Both the position numbers and the translations under genes were made by a program. Positions 50,294 to 59,501 of a stretch of DNA of 64,000 nt are shown here, piece after piece (within the stretch, counting starts at the first letter, position 1; each line of letters begins with the position of its first letter). Source of the stretch: Nitrosopumilus sp. (GTDB lineage Archaea > Thermoproteota > Nitrososphaeria > Nitrososphaerales > Nitrosopumilaceae); NCBI GenBank assembly GCA_965224195.1, contig OZ245040.1, positions 192,001 through 256,000 on the forward strand, written 5' to 3'. Under the pieces are notes generated by a model, which saw nothing but the letters and a program-made list of their open reading frames with translations, was not told the DNA's origin and ran no database searches.

Positions 50294-50788
50294 ATGATCA
50301 TAATGGCTAGAATTAAATTCAAACTAGGCGAAAATGAAATTGAGGTCGACTCTAGAGATTTTTATGTTGATAATCAAACATTAGGTGAAATCATTGATGA
50401 TATTTCTCAACATTTACCTGAAAATCAAGCTAAAATTGTTTATGAAACAGATGCTGCTCAATCACCAACTAAGGCAGAACATCCAGCACAGTTTGGCTTG
50501 GAATATCTAGATGATGCTGAAGCATATGAACCTGAATTTAATGAACCAAAATACATCACATCCCATGAAATTAAATCAAAACTAAGAATTTTAGAAACAA
50601 GCAAATTCTTTGATTCTCCTAGAACAGTTACTGAAACTGTACAACAACTTAGAGAATATGGATGGGCAGCTAGTCCATTAGATGTTTCAAAAGCTTTAGC
50701 TAAAATGGCTTCTAACAAAGAAATAATGAAAAATTCTGAAGAAAATCGTACACATTATTTTGTTCAAGAAGCCTTAGTAGCTAACTAG
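50294..50788 (+). CDS. Hypothetical protein with C-terminal winged helix
   Basis: FFDSPRTVTE...DVSKALAKM...RTHY. Confidence 0.6.
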   Translation: MIIMARIKFKLGENEIEVDSRDFYVDNQTLGEIIDDISQHLPENQAKIVYETDAAQSPTKAEHPAQFGLEYLDDAEAYEPEFNEPKYITSHEIKSKLRILETSKFFDSPRTVTETVQQLREYGWAASPLDVSKALAKMASNKEIMKNSEENRTHYFVQEALVAN

Positions 50789-50972
50789 AAAGATATTTAC
50801 ATTTTTTACAGTGTGAAAAAATTTCTCCATCTAAGTGATCAAAGTGTGTATTACATTGCTTGCACGTATGATGCATGTCAAAATACCCATCTTTTTCAAC
50901 TCCTCCAATTTTATTTGCTTCTAAATCTGTACTTTTGCACTTTATGCAATGACATCCACATTCAATTTTCAT
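50781..50972 (-). CDS. Small Cys/His-rich Zn-binding protein
   Basis: CGCHCIKC, HHTCKQC..HFDH, CKKC. Confidence 0.7.
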   Translation of the reverse strand: MKIECGCHCIKCKSTDLEANKIGGVEKDGYFDMHHTCKQCNTHFDHLDGEIFSHCKKCKYLSS

Positions 50973-51020
50973 GACTATTCTCAGATAATGTATGTATAGT
51001 TGAAATGACTATACAAATCA

Positions 51021-51176
51021 TTGGAAAAGAAAAGAGAGATTCCAATCGAAATAGATGATCATTTCAAGCTTTTTGGTAAGGAACCATGGGAAGTAGATTA
51101 TGGTGAAAAATGTGTCATTTGTAATGTAAGAATTGATGAATATGGTTTTTGCTCTTGTGGTTCTAGCGGAGATTAA
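51021..51176 (+). CDS. 51-aa Zn-finger-like protein (not in ORF track)
   Basis: TTG start; MEKKREIPIEIDDHFKLFGKEPWEVDYGEKCVICNVRIDEYGFCSCGSSGD. Confidence 0.65.
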   Translation: MEKKREIPIEIDDHFKLFGKEPWEVDYGEKCVICNVRIDEYGFCSCGSSGD

Positions 51177-52050
51177 TTTTTTTAATTAAAGGAGCCATCA
51201 TTATCATTAAAAATCCAATAGCCAAGGGAGCTATAATTGGGAATTCAGGTACGACTGTAGTTCCAATAATACTAATTTCACCTGAAGTGTCAGGTTTTAT
51301 GTTAATCCAAACATGTGTGCCGTTATTTTTGTAATCGTGAAATAGAATTTTTTCATCATCTAGAAATACTACATATGGTCCCCACAATAATTCTAATGGG
51401 ATAATTGTCGTGATAAATTGATCACTTTCATTTACATTAAATCTAATTTCTTTTGTAGATTGATTAAACTCAAAATTTTCTATATTGGTAAAAGTTCCTA
51501 TCTCAACAAAAAATTCTTTATCTTCCCAATTAACATCTATGGTATTTTTTGGTTCATTAAATGCATATTCTAAAATCATTTGACAACCATGACATGAAAT
51601 TCCTTTTTGATCACCCAAGTAAACTGGTTTACTATTAACAAAAATCAAATCTAATTCTTCAGGAACCATAAAGTTTGTTGATTCTAAATATAAAAAATCC
51701 CATGTCCACAAATTATCTTTAAGCAAAAGTACACCTTTCAAATCATATTCTATAATTGAATCACTTCCAGATGGAAAAATCATAACAGAATCGTTATTGC
51801 CAATTGTTATAACCATTTTTTCTTCATTAGTAATGATTAGATTTTGAATTTCACCATCAATCAACTCTACTTGTTTTGGAGAACTTGAAGAACCAACAAC
51901 GTGTATCACATGAATATCTCCGGTTTCATTAATTGTAACTATGACTGATTTTTGATTTGCCTTTTCTGCAATATTAATTTCTTGAGCACTTATAGATGGA
52001 ATTACTAAAATTAATAAAATTATGGTAAATATAGTAATTATTTTATTCAT
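51163..52050 (-). CDS. PEF-CTERM surface protein
   Basis: Signal peptide; C-terminal VPEF + TM + basic tail. Confidence 0.85.
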   Translation of the reverse strand: MNKIITIFTIILLILVIPSISAQEINIAEKANQKSVIVTINETGDIHVIHVVGSSSSPKQVELIDGEIQNLIITNEEKMVITIGNNDSVMIFPSGSDSIIEYDLKGVLLLKDNLWTWDFLYLESTNFMVPEELDLIFVNSKPVYLGDQKGISCHGCQMILEYAFNEPKNTIDVNWEDKEFFVEIGTFTNIENFEFNQSTKEIRFNVNESDQFITTIIPLELLWGPYVVFLDDEKILFHDYKNNGTHVWINIKPDTSGEISIIGTTVVPEFPIIAPLAIGFLMIMMAPLIKKINLR

Positions 52051-52527
52051 TTATTCCACGGTAACATGAATCATTGATGTTTTTTCTAGCGGACAATCAT
52101 TTCCATCTTTATCAAGATTTACAATTTTGTCTGCAACATCCATTCCTTCAGTAACTTCACCAAACACAGTATATTCTCTATCCAAAAATGCACTATCAGA
52201 TGTAACTATGAAAAATTGTGAACCTGCACTATCTGGATCTTGTGATCTAGCCATGGAAACAATACCTCGTAAATGAGATCTTGAACTAAATTCAGCTTTG
52301 ATGCTATAACCTGGTCCTCCCATCCCCCATGAACCTTTGTTGTCTGTTTTTGTATTAGGATCGCCTCCTTGAATCATAAATCCGGGAATTACTCTATGGA
52401 AAAGAGTTCCATCATAAAATCCATCTTTAGCTAGTTTTTGAAAATTTCTTACAGTTTCTGGAGCTAGTTCAGGTAATAGTTTAAATGAAATTTTCCCTAA
52501 GTTAGTTTCAATATTTACTGTAGCCAT
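52051..52527 (-). CDS. Cyclophilin-type peptidyl-prolyl isomerase
   Basis: FHRVIPGFMIQGGD, SMAR, SAGSQFFI, YTVFG. Confidence 0.96.
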   Translation of the reverse strand: MATVNIETNLGKISFKLLPELAPETVRNFQKLAKDGFYDGTLFHRVIPGFMIQGGDPNTKTDNKGSWGMGGPGYSIKAEFSSRSHLRGIVSMARSQDPDSAGSQFFIVTSDSAFLDREYTVFGEVTEGMDVADKIVNLDKDGNDCPLEKTSMIHVTVE

Positions 52528-52773
52528 AAGGATGAATCTGTAAATACATCTTAATAGTCTTTTGCGGAAATGGTTGGAATATTTTTGTAGATAGTTTAGC
52601 AATATTGAAAAATCTATAACGATCTGTACAGTTTTCGTTAGAAAATTAATTTATGTAGACTTTGGAATTTTTCTGTTTTACTATTATCTATGATATTTGA
52701 ATTAATCAAAAATGACAATTTTCAAATTACAGAAGTTATAGTGTTATATAGAACAAATAAAATTCAGTATTCG

Positions 52774-53007
52774 TTGAATCGTACAAACCAAAGCACGATA
52801 ATTAAAGAAGCGATTAATTCTTATCTTGACAAAGGGGTAACCGACAAGCAGGATATCTACACCAAAGTAGTTGATGAACTTGGAGTTCCAAGACCAACTG
52901 TAAGAAGAGTTGCAAGAGATCTAAGAACCGAACTATTGCAAAAAATCCAAATCTTACAATCAGATATGCCAAAAGCAACTGTCGCTACCACTGAAGAAGA
53001 CGAATAA
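52774..53007 (+). CDS. Small putative HTH protein
   Basis: KVVDELGVPRPTVRRVAR; TTG start chosen. Confidence 0.6.
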   Translation: MNRTNQSTIIKEAINSYLDKGVTDKQDIYTKVVDELGVPRPTVRRVARDLRTELLQKIQILQSDMPKATVATTEEDE

Positions 53008-53089
53008 ATTCGGCTCTTTTTTCTTTTTAATTATATTATTTTATGATTTTTAGCATTACTGTTATAAATAATGAAATTTTAAAATAATT

Positions 53090-53563
53090 ATGGGGTATTT
53101 TGGTAACCACTTAGCCACATTAGTAACCGGAGTTTTTGCAGCAGTGCTGACTGGACTTTGGGCATTTTGGGATTTATTACCAATATTAGATTTCATATTT
53201 CTGATGGCAGTTCCAATAACATGGTTTATGACATTTACATGTTGGATTTCTCAAAAAAGTACTGATTACATGCATAATCACTCACCATTTCATGGTGAAA
53301 AAAAAAGCTTGAGTAATACACAAACTATTGAAACTACAACCACTGGTTCACAAGTCAGTCTTTCAGAAATAAAACAAATCCAAAATGAATTATCCCTTGA
53401 ATTAAACAATGTTAAAGAAACTGTTAAACTAAAAGACAGTAAAATTGAAAGATTAAACCAAGAAATTTCTAATCTAGAAACTCTTGTTCAAATTGAATCA
53501 CTAAAAACTGAACTAGCTAATCTCAAAATGCTAGCATCTGAAAGAAAAACTAAGAGTAAATAG
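53090..53563 (+). CDS. 2-TM protein with C-terminal coiled coil
   Basis: Hydrophobic N-terminus and heptad-rich tail. Confidence 0.7.
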   Translation: MGYFGNHLATLVTGVFAAVLTGLWAFWDLLPILDFIFLMAVPITWFMTFTCWISQKSTDYMHNHSPFHGEKKSLSNTQTIETTTTGSQVSLSEIKQIQNELSLELNNVKETVKLKDSKIERLNQEISNLETLVQIESLKTELANLKMLASERKTKSK

Positions 53564-53565
53564 AT

Positions 53566-53685
53566 CTAATCTTTACAATGACAACAAACTTCGCCATGAT
53601 TTTCTTTACAACCTGGACAACTAACTGCTCCTCCAAAATGACATTTACATAAACATAATTCAGTTGGATCTTTTTTCAAATTCAT
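53566..53685 (-). CDS. Metallothionein-like Cys-rich peptide
   Basis: MNLKKDPTELCLCKCHFGGAVSCPGCKENHGEVCCHCKD: 8 Cys, 3 His in 39 aa. Confidence 0.55.
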   Translation of the reverse strand: MNLKKDPTELCLCKCHFGGAVSCPGCKENHGEVCCHCKD

Positions 53686-54044
53686 AATATAATCTCTAAA
53701 TGATGTTATTATTTGACTTTTGCATTTAAAATCTAAATATTGATTATGCATTTATTGGAAAGTTTCGATATTTGAAATAAATTTATTTGAATAATATGGA
53801 TTTTACTTATAAAATACTCATTAAGCGATTTTTAGGAGAATTTTTTTAACGGAATTAAAAAACTAATAAAAATTCTTTAGAATTAATTATTTTTCAAATT
53901 AAAATATTTTAAAATAAAATCTTGGTTAGAATTTATTAAATAAATTATACAATCTATCCAATATTTTCTAAATTTTTAATAATTACTCTAAATTTATCAA
54001 AAACAAAATATCGATTTATTAAAATTATTGTAATGCAAATTTAT

Positions 54045-54611
54045 TTAATTAATTTTATAATACTTGATTTTACTAAATGGTCTGATTAAGCCTATTTTTG
54101 ATGCAATATCCAAAGTCTCATCTACCATTCCTCTTAGTCTAGTTTTTGCATCTTCATCAGTTATAGAATTCTCAGATACTGATTTTGTAGTTAAAAATAC
54201 TGCCTTTGGATTTGCTATTACTCTGAAATATGACAATAATTGTGTGACAAGGTTCTGCACATTGATAAAACCAATATCTCCTGCAGCTAAAATTGTTATT
54301 CCTGCTACTTTTCCTGCAGTTTTTTTATAATCTACATATTCAAACAGATTTTTTAACGCAGCACTAAAAAATGAATTATAGATAGGTGTCCCTATCAACC
54401 AAATATCTGCGTCCATAATTTCTTTTGTAGCGGTCTTAGTAGCATCATTATATTCTACATCATATCCCTTGTAACATTCAATGTCATCCTCTGATAGATT
54501 GATAAATTTGATGTCCTGATTTTTTGATTTAGCATATTCAAAAACATATTTCATTATGATTTGCGTATTTGCATTTTTTCTTGGACTGCCAGAAATGACA
54601 ACAACTTTCAT
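54045..54611 (-). CDS. NADPH-dependent FMN reductase
   Basis: ISGSPRK.ANT, TPIYN, LKN.FE, GKV. Confidence 0.88.
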   Translation of the reverse strand: MKVVVISGSPRKNANTQIIMKYVFEYAKSKNQDIKFINLSEDDIECYKGYDVEYNDATKTATKEIMDADIWLIGTPIYNSFFSAALKNLFEYVDYKKTAGKVAGITILAAGDIGFINVQNLVTQLLSYFRVIANPKAVFLTTKSVSENSITDEDAKTRLRGMVDETLDIASKIGLIRPFSKIKYYKIN

Positions 54612-54664
54612 ATCTTCAGCAATTTGTCTTTGTATTTAAATTTCCATTACCTGTTAAAATTAAA

Positions 54665-54757
54665 CGGGCTTGGAGGGCTTCGATCCCTCGACCTGTAACT
54701 TAGGAGGCTACTGCGCTATCCATGTTGCGCGTCAAATTGACTCTGCGCTACAAGCCC
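54665..54757 (-). tRNA. tRNA-Arg(CCT) with 18-nt non-canonical D-loop intron (54725-54742)
   Basis: Acceptor GGGCTTG/CAAGCCC, anticodon loop CTCCTAA, BHB-like structure at position 15/16. Confidence 0.9.
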
Positions 54758-54781
54758 AGCAAAAAAAACATTCTTAATTAT

Positions 54782-55492
54782 TTAAGCGTAGTCAAGATTT
54801 CCTTCGATCATTTTTTGAATTTTTTCCCAATTTTTATTTTCTTTTTCATTCCATTTTTCAAAAAATACAACGTCTTTCAATTCTAGTCTTGGTAACCATC
54901 CTTTAGTTTCAAGATCTGGTTTTTCTGCAAATTTATCGACATATCCTAAACACAAGTATGCAACAGGAATTACATGCTCAGGTAAATCTAAAGTTTCTTT
55001 CAATGTGTCATTTGATAGTATACTTACCCAGCCTAAACCTATGTCTTCGGTTCTAGCTGATAACCACAAATTTTGAATTGCACAACACACACTATAGAGT
55101 CCTGCTTCGGGAATACTTGATCTACCGATTACAAAGGGGCCAAATTTTGTAGGATCATATGTTACACACAGATTTACAGGAGATTCTAAAATCCCTTCTA
55201 ATTTAAAAGAAAGATATTTTGACTTTTTTGGTTCTTCAACTAATTGTGATGAACGGTTTTTTTCTTCTTCAAAAGATTCTTTTATTTTCTTTTTAGTGTC
55301 TTGATCTTTAATTAAAATAAAATTCCATGGTTGAGAAAATCCTACTGAAGGAGCATGATGTGCTGCGTTAAGAATTTTTGATAAGACCTCGTTTTCTATT
55401 GGCTTTGAGGTAAAGTGAGATCTTACATCCCTTCTAGAATAAATTGCCTTGTAGAAGCCTTTTTTTTCTTCATCAGTAAAATCTTCTGTCAT
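54782..55492 (-). CDS. bluB: 5,6-dimethylbenzimidazole synthase
   Basis: RRDVR, APSVGFSQPW, KLEGI, YSVCCAIQNLWL, LGWVS, YLCLG. Confidence 0.93.
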   Translation of the reverse strand: MTEDFTDEEKKGFYKAIYSRRDVRSHFTSKPIENEVLSKILNAAHHAPSVGFSQPWNFILIKDQDTKKKIKESFEEEKNRSSQLVEEPKKSKYLSFKLEGILESPVNLCVTYDPTKFGPFVIGRSSIPEAGLYSVCCAIQNLWLSARTEDIGLGWVSILSNDTLKETLDLPEHVIPVAYLCLGYVDKFAEKPDLETKGWLPRLELKDVVFFEKWNEKENKNWEKIQKMIEGNLDYA

Positions 55493-55561
55493 CTATTTTG
55501 TACCTCAATTCTTTCTTTTGTTAAACGTTAATAATGTCAATTGTTTGATTTATTTTTCAAT

Positions 55562-55635
55562 GGGCCTGTAGTCTAGCTGGTTAGGATACTGCCTCGACAT
55601 GGCAGTGATCATGAGTTCGAATCTCATTAGGCCCA
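55562..55635 (+). tRNA. tRNA-Val(GAC)
   Basis: Acceptor GGGCCTG/TAGGCCC, anticodon arm CTGCC-TCGACAT-GGCAG, TTCGAAT T loop. Confidence 0.9.
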
Positions 55636-55643
55636 CTTTTTAT

Positions 55644-56138
55644 TTAATAACCGGTTTTGAAATCTTTGTCAGTTTCACTCCATGAAGTCTGAGTGATGAT
55701 GTTCCCTTCGGCAGAAAAACTAGTAATTTTTTCATTAGTAGCATCTTCATAAATTTCTGAATTAACTTCAGATTTGCTAAGAACAAATATATTTTTCAAT
55801 GGGATTTCTGCACCTGAAACAAACAATGCTCTACCAGGTAATGCAATGTCTGCTGTAGAGTATAATCCAGAACCTAATAATTTACTATCACCATATAGTT
55901 GGAAATCTATTTGTGAAACTGTTAGTGTTTTATCACTAGGATTTTTTACTAGAAATGTAACTTCAAATTTTGCCTGATTATTTACTATGTTTACATCTAA
56001 TAGTTTCACATTTGTTAGTTCAATCTCAATTAAAGCAAGTTCCTCATTATCGAGACTAGCATAGAAAATAATTCCTCCCATTAATGCTAAAACTCCAACT
56101 ATTGCTAGATAAACTGTCAACTTACTTTGAAGTGCCAT
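55644..56138 (-). CDS. Membrane-anchored LEA14/WHy-like protein
   Basis: N-terminal TM, VKNPS..LTV..IDF.L....LGSG. Confidence 0.65.
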   Translation of the reverse strand: MALQSKLTVYLAIVGVLALMGGIIFYASLDNEELALIEIELTNVKLLDVNIVNNQAKFEVTFLVKNPSDKTLTVSQIDFQLYGDSKLLGSGLYSTADIALPGRALFVSGAEIPLKNIFVLSKSEVNSEIYEDATNEKITSFSAEGNIITQTSWSETDKDFKTGY

Positions 56139-56219
56139 TTCAATGATTCCAGATTTGTATAACTAAAAAAGGTTGGCAAGATCCAAATACATAATATTTG
56201 ATTTAAAATATCATAAACT

Positions 56220-56717
56220 ATGGCAGCTCTAGAACAGGCAATCATAACTTGGATTCATCTAATAGCTGCTTCAATTTGGATTGGCGGTTCTTTATTTATT
56301 GGAATTGTGTTTTCTCCACTTTTAAAAACAATGACTAATTCTATTGAAGAACGAATGCAAATAATGATTCGTGTTGGTAAACGATTTAACAAAGTTGCTG
56401 TTCCTTCACTGATAATTTTAATGGTTACTGGTTTGTATACTTCTCATGCATTAATTGGAAAACCTGAACTTCTTATTTCAACGAGCTATGGAACTTATCT
56501 GATTATTAAAATAATTCTTGTTATTGCATTAATTATTACATATGCTGTGCATGTTAGAGTAATTTGTAAAGATGTAGAAGAAAAAATTATGTCAAATCAA
56601 ATGTCAGAATCTGAAATTCAAAAACTAAGAAAGAAAATTATCATACTTGGAGAGATAACTGTAGTATTATCTGTAGCAATTCTGTTTTTTGCTTCATTAC
56701 TTGATGCTGGGGTTTGA
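56220..56717 (+). CDS. CopD-like membrane protein
   Basis: WIHLIAASIWIGG, TG, YG.YL..K. Confidence 0.75.
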   Translation: MAALEQAIITWIHLIAASIWIGGSLFIGIVFSPLLKTMTNSIEERMQIMIRVGKRFNKVAVPSLIILMVTGLYTSHALIGKPELLISTSYGTYLIIKIILVIALIITYAVHVRVICKDVEEKIMSNQMSESEIQKLRKKIIILGEITVVLSVAILFFASLLDAGV

Positions 56718-57719
56718 GATTCCCTCAATTATTACTTCAAATCCATAATTTGTTTTTCCAATACCATATTTACAACCAGTAATTTTTGATGTCACAAACA
56801 AATTTGTCTCTAAATGTTTTGTAATTTCTTTGACAGGAAAAATTGTTTTTCCAGCAGATAAACTAGCAGGAACCACTAACATATCTGCTAAATTATCATC
56901 AATTGAATAATTTTTAACAAAATCATCTATATCTAAATCAAATTCATCTGTTTTGTTGTTGTACAATGCATCAATTCCTATTATAGAATCATTATCTATA
57001 CTGTAAATTAACAAAGATGCACCTGAATCTAATGCTTCTTCAGATTTAATTTCTACATTAACGATATAGTTTGCTTCAGTTAACTTTTTTACAATTTGGT
57101 TTACTTTATTTTCAATTTTATTATTTGTAAATTTTGAAAATGAACAAACTAATTTAACTTCTCTTGTTTTTCTTTTTGAAAATGATATTGATTTCACATT
57201 AGATGAATTAACTTGTAATTTTATTTCTCCACTACCTTTAGGATAATAACCTCTTTTGATTAATTCAAATGAAAAATTAATCCCCATTCTTGAATATGCT
57301 TCTTGTAATACGTATTGAGTATAATTGATAGTGGGACTCCAAAGTACGTCTGTACCACCTTTAATTTTTAAATTAAGTTGTTTTTTTGATATTGCAACTA
57401 CAGGAATTAAAACTTGTAAAATTAATGGAATACTTCCGGCAGTTCCAACATCTTCAACTAGTTCTAAATTTTCAATATTACCTGGGATAAATTTTATTTC
57501 TGTAGATCCTATTTCTGCTCCAATAATTTTAGCATTTGCAATTTTTTGAAGAATTTTGATTGCTGTAAGATGTTGTGGTCTTAATCCAGAAATTTTTCTA
57601 TTTTTCCTAATATTTTCTAAGTGTATTGGTTTTTTTGTAATACATGAAAGTGCAATTGCTGAGCGAATAATTTGTCCACCACCTTCACCGTGACCACCAT
57701 TAATCTTTAGAAAACTCAT
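56697..57719 (-). CDS. rtcA: RNA 3'-terminal phosphate cyclase
   Basis: GEGGGQIIR, GLRPQH, GGTDV, RGYYPKG, HLETN. Confidence 0.95.
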   Translation of the reverse strand: MSFLKINGGHGEGGGQIIRSAIALSCITKKPIHLENIRKNRKISGLRPQHLTAIKILQKIANAKIIGAEIGSTEIKFIPGNIENLELVEDVGTAGSIPLILQVLIPVVAISKKQLNLKIKGGTDVLWSPTINYTQYVLQEAYSRMGINFSFELIKRGYYPKGSGEIKLQVNSSNVKSISFSKRKTREVKLVCSFSKFTNNKIENKVNQIVKKLTEANYIVNVEIKSEEALDSGASLLIYSIDNDSIIGIDALYNNKTDEFDLDIDDFVKNYSIDDNLADMLVVPASLSAGKTIFPVKEITKHLETNLFVTSKITGCKYGIGKTNYGFEVIIEGISNPSIK

Positions 57720-57780
57720 AATTTTTTCTGTTAACCACTCTTTATGATAGTTTTTTAAAAAGAAATTTTCTATAGATGAT

Positions 57781-58275
57781 ATGGATGGTTTGTTGATAGG
57801 GAGATTCCAACCTTTTCATTTGGGCCATCTTGAAACATTACAATTTGCATTATCTAAAGTTGATAAATTGTGGGTGGGTTTAGGGAGCTCAAATAAACCT
57901 GCAGAAAAAAACAACCCATTCACTGCTGAACAACGAAAAGAAATGATTCTAACTTCTATTGATGATTCAATGAAAGAGAAAATTTCAATTTATTTTATTC
58001 CAGATGTTGATAATCATATTAGATGGATTGAAAAAATAGATACTATCGTACCAAAATTTGATATAATTTTTTCAAATGATGATTTGACAAAACATCTGTA
58101 TTCAAAAAGAAAGATTGAGGTTATTTCAATTCCTTTTTTGAATAGGGAATCATTATCTGGAACTAATATTCGCGATCTAATAGTTAGCGATCAAAAATGG
58201 GATAATCTAGTACCCACTGGAACAAGAAATTTTTTGGAAAGCAATGGTGCCAAAGAGCATTTGAAAAATCTCTAA
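57781..58275 (+). CDS. nadM: Nicotinamide-nucleotide adenylyltransferase
   Basis: GRFQPFHLGH, NPFT, SGT.IR. Confidence 0.92.
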   Translation: MDGLLIGRFQPFHLGHLETLQFALSKVDKLWVGLGSSNKPAEKNNPFTAEQRKEMILTSIDDSMKEKISIYFIPDVDNHIRWIEKIDTIVPKFDIIFSNDDLTKHLYSKRKIEVISIPFLNRESLSGTNIRDLIVSDQKWDNLVPTGTRNFLESNGAKEHLKNL

Positions 58276-58314
58276 TTATAAATAAACCCCAAAATAACCT
58301 GTCATAGATAACAT

Positions 58315-59460
58315 ATGGAATATCTTTCAATGCTTCCTGGTCCAACAAATGTACCTAACAGAGTTATGAGAGCAATGCTTGCACCTATCATCAATCACAG
58401 AAGTGATGATTTTGTAGAATTGTATACTGATGTCGTTGATAAAACTCAGCAAGTATTTGAAACACAAAATGATATTGTAGCATTATCTGCATCAGGAACT
58501 GGTGCAGTTGAAGCCAGTGTTGTAAATTTAGTTAAAAAAGGTGATAAAATTATTATTCCTGTAAATGGAGAATTTAGTAGACGATTATCAGAATTAATTG
58601 AAGGTCAAGGAGGTAATGTTGTAAAACTTCAAACTCCACCAGGAGAAAATGCAACTTTTGATCAAGTTAAAGAAGCATTTGATAACAATAAAGATGTAAA
58701 AGCATTCTATGTTGTTCACAATGAAACTTCAACAGGAACAATGGTAAATTATCTCGATAAAGTATTTGATTTGACTTCAAGAAATGATGCATTTTATGTT
58801 GTAGATTCAGTTTCATTACTTGGTGGCGCTCCACTTCCAGTAGACAAATGGAATATTGATGTATGTATGACTGGTGCACAAAAAGCAATCGCCGCTCCTC
58901 CAGGAATTTCACCACTATCTATTAGCGCTAAAGCCAAAAAATACATGATTGAAAATTCACCACCTACAATGTATTTCAATTTAGCAAGATACTTCAAATT
59001 TTATGATGGAGAAAAACACACTCCTTTCACACCTGCACTTCCATTACTTTATGCATACAGAGAAGCATTATCAATGATTTTAGAAGAAGGATTACAAAAT
59101 GTCTTTAAACGTCACAAAGTTTGTTCAGATGCATTATACTCTGGTCTAAGTGCAATGGGTCTATCTCCATTTGCAAAAGAAGAAGATCGTTCAATCTCAA
59201 TTATTGCATTAAATTATTTAGATGGACTTGAAGACAGAATTTTTAGAAGTACACTAGCTGACAAATTCAAAGTATTAGTCGCAGGTGGCTTTGGTGATCT
59301 TAAAGGTAAAGTATTCAGAGTTGGATGTATGGGAGAAGTTAGTCCTTATCATGTGATGAGAACTATTTCTGCAATTTCATCTACATTAGCAATGATGGGA
59401 TATGATGTTGATGCTCAAGCAGGTTTTAAAACTGCAGAAGAAAAACTAAAAGCTCTGTAA
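58315..59460 (+). CDS. Serine-pyruvate/alanine-glyoxylate-type class V aminotransferase
   Basis: LPGPT, HNETSTG, DSVS, GAQKA..PPG, FRVG.MG. Confidence 0.92.
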   Translation: MEYLSMLPGPTNVPNRVMRAMLAPIINHRSDDFVELYTDVVDKTQQVFETQNDIVALSASGTGAVEASVVNLVKKGDKIIIPVNGEFSRRLSELIEGQGGNVVKLQTPPGENATFDQVKEAFDNNKDVKAFYVVHNETSTGTMVNYLDKVFDLTSRNDAFYVVDSVSLLGGAPLPVDKWNIDVCMTGAQKAIAAPPGISPLSISAKAKKYMIENSPPTMYFNLARYFKFYDGEKHTPFTPALPLLYAYREALSMILEEGLQNVFKRHKVCSDALYSGLSAMGLSPFAKEEDRSISIIALNYLDGLEDRIFRSTLADKFKVLVAGGFGDLKGKVFRVGCMGEVSPYHVMRTISAISSTLAMMGYDVDAQAGFKTAEEKLKAL

Positions 59461-59501
59461 ATCCTGTTAACTTAATATTAGGAAATTCGAGACCGATCAC
59501 A

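Noticed and set aside
18942-55635. tRNA-targeted integrated elements
   Set aside because: No integrase, transposase or duplicated tRNA 3' end seen near any of the three tRNAs
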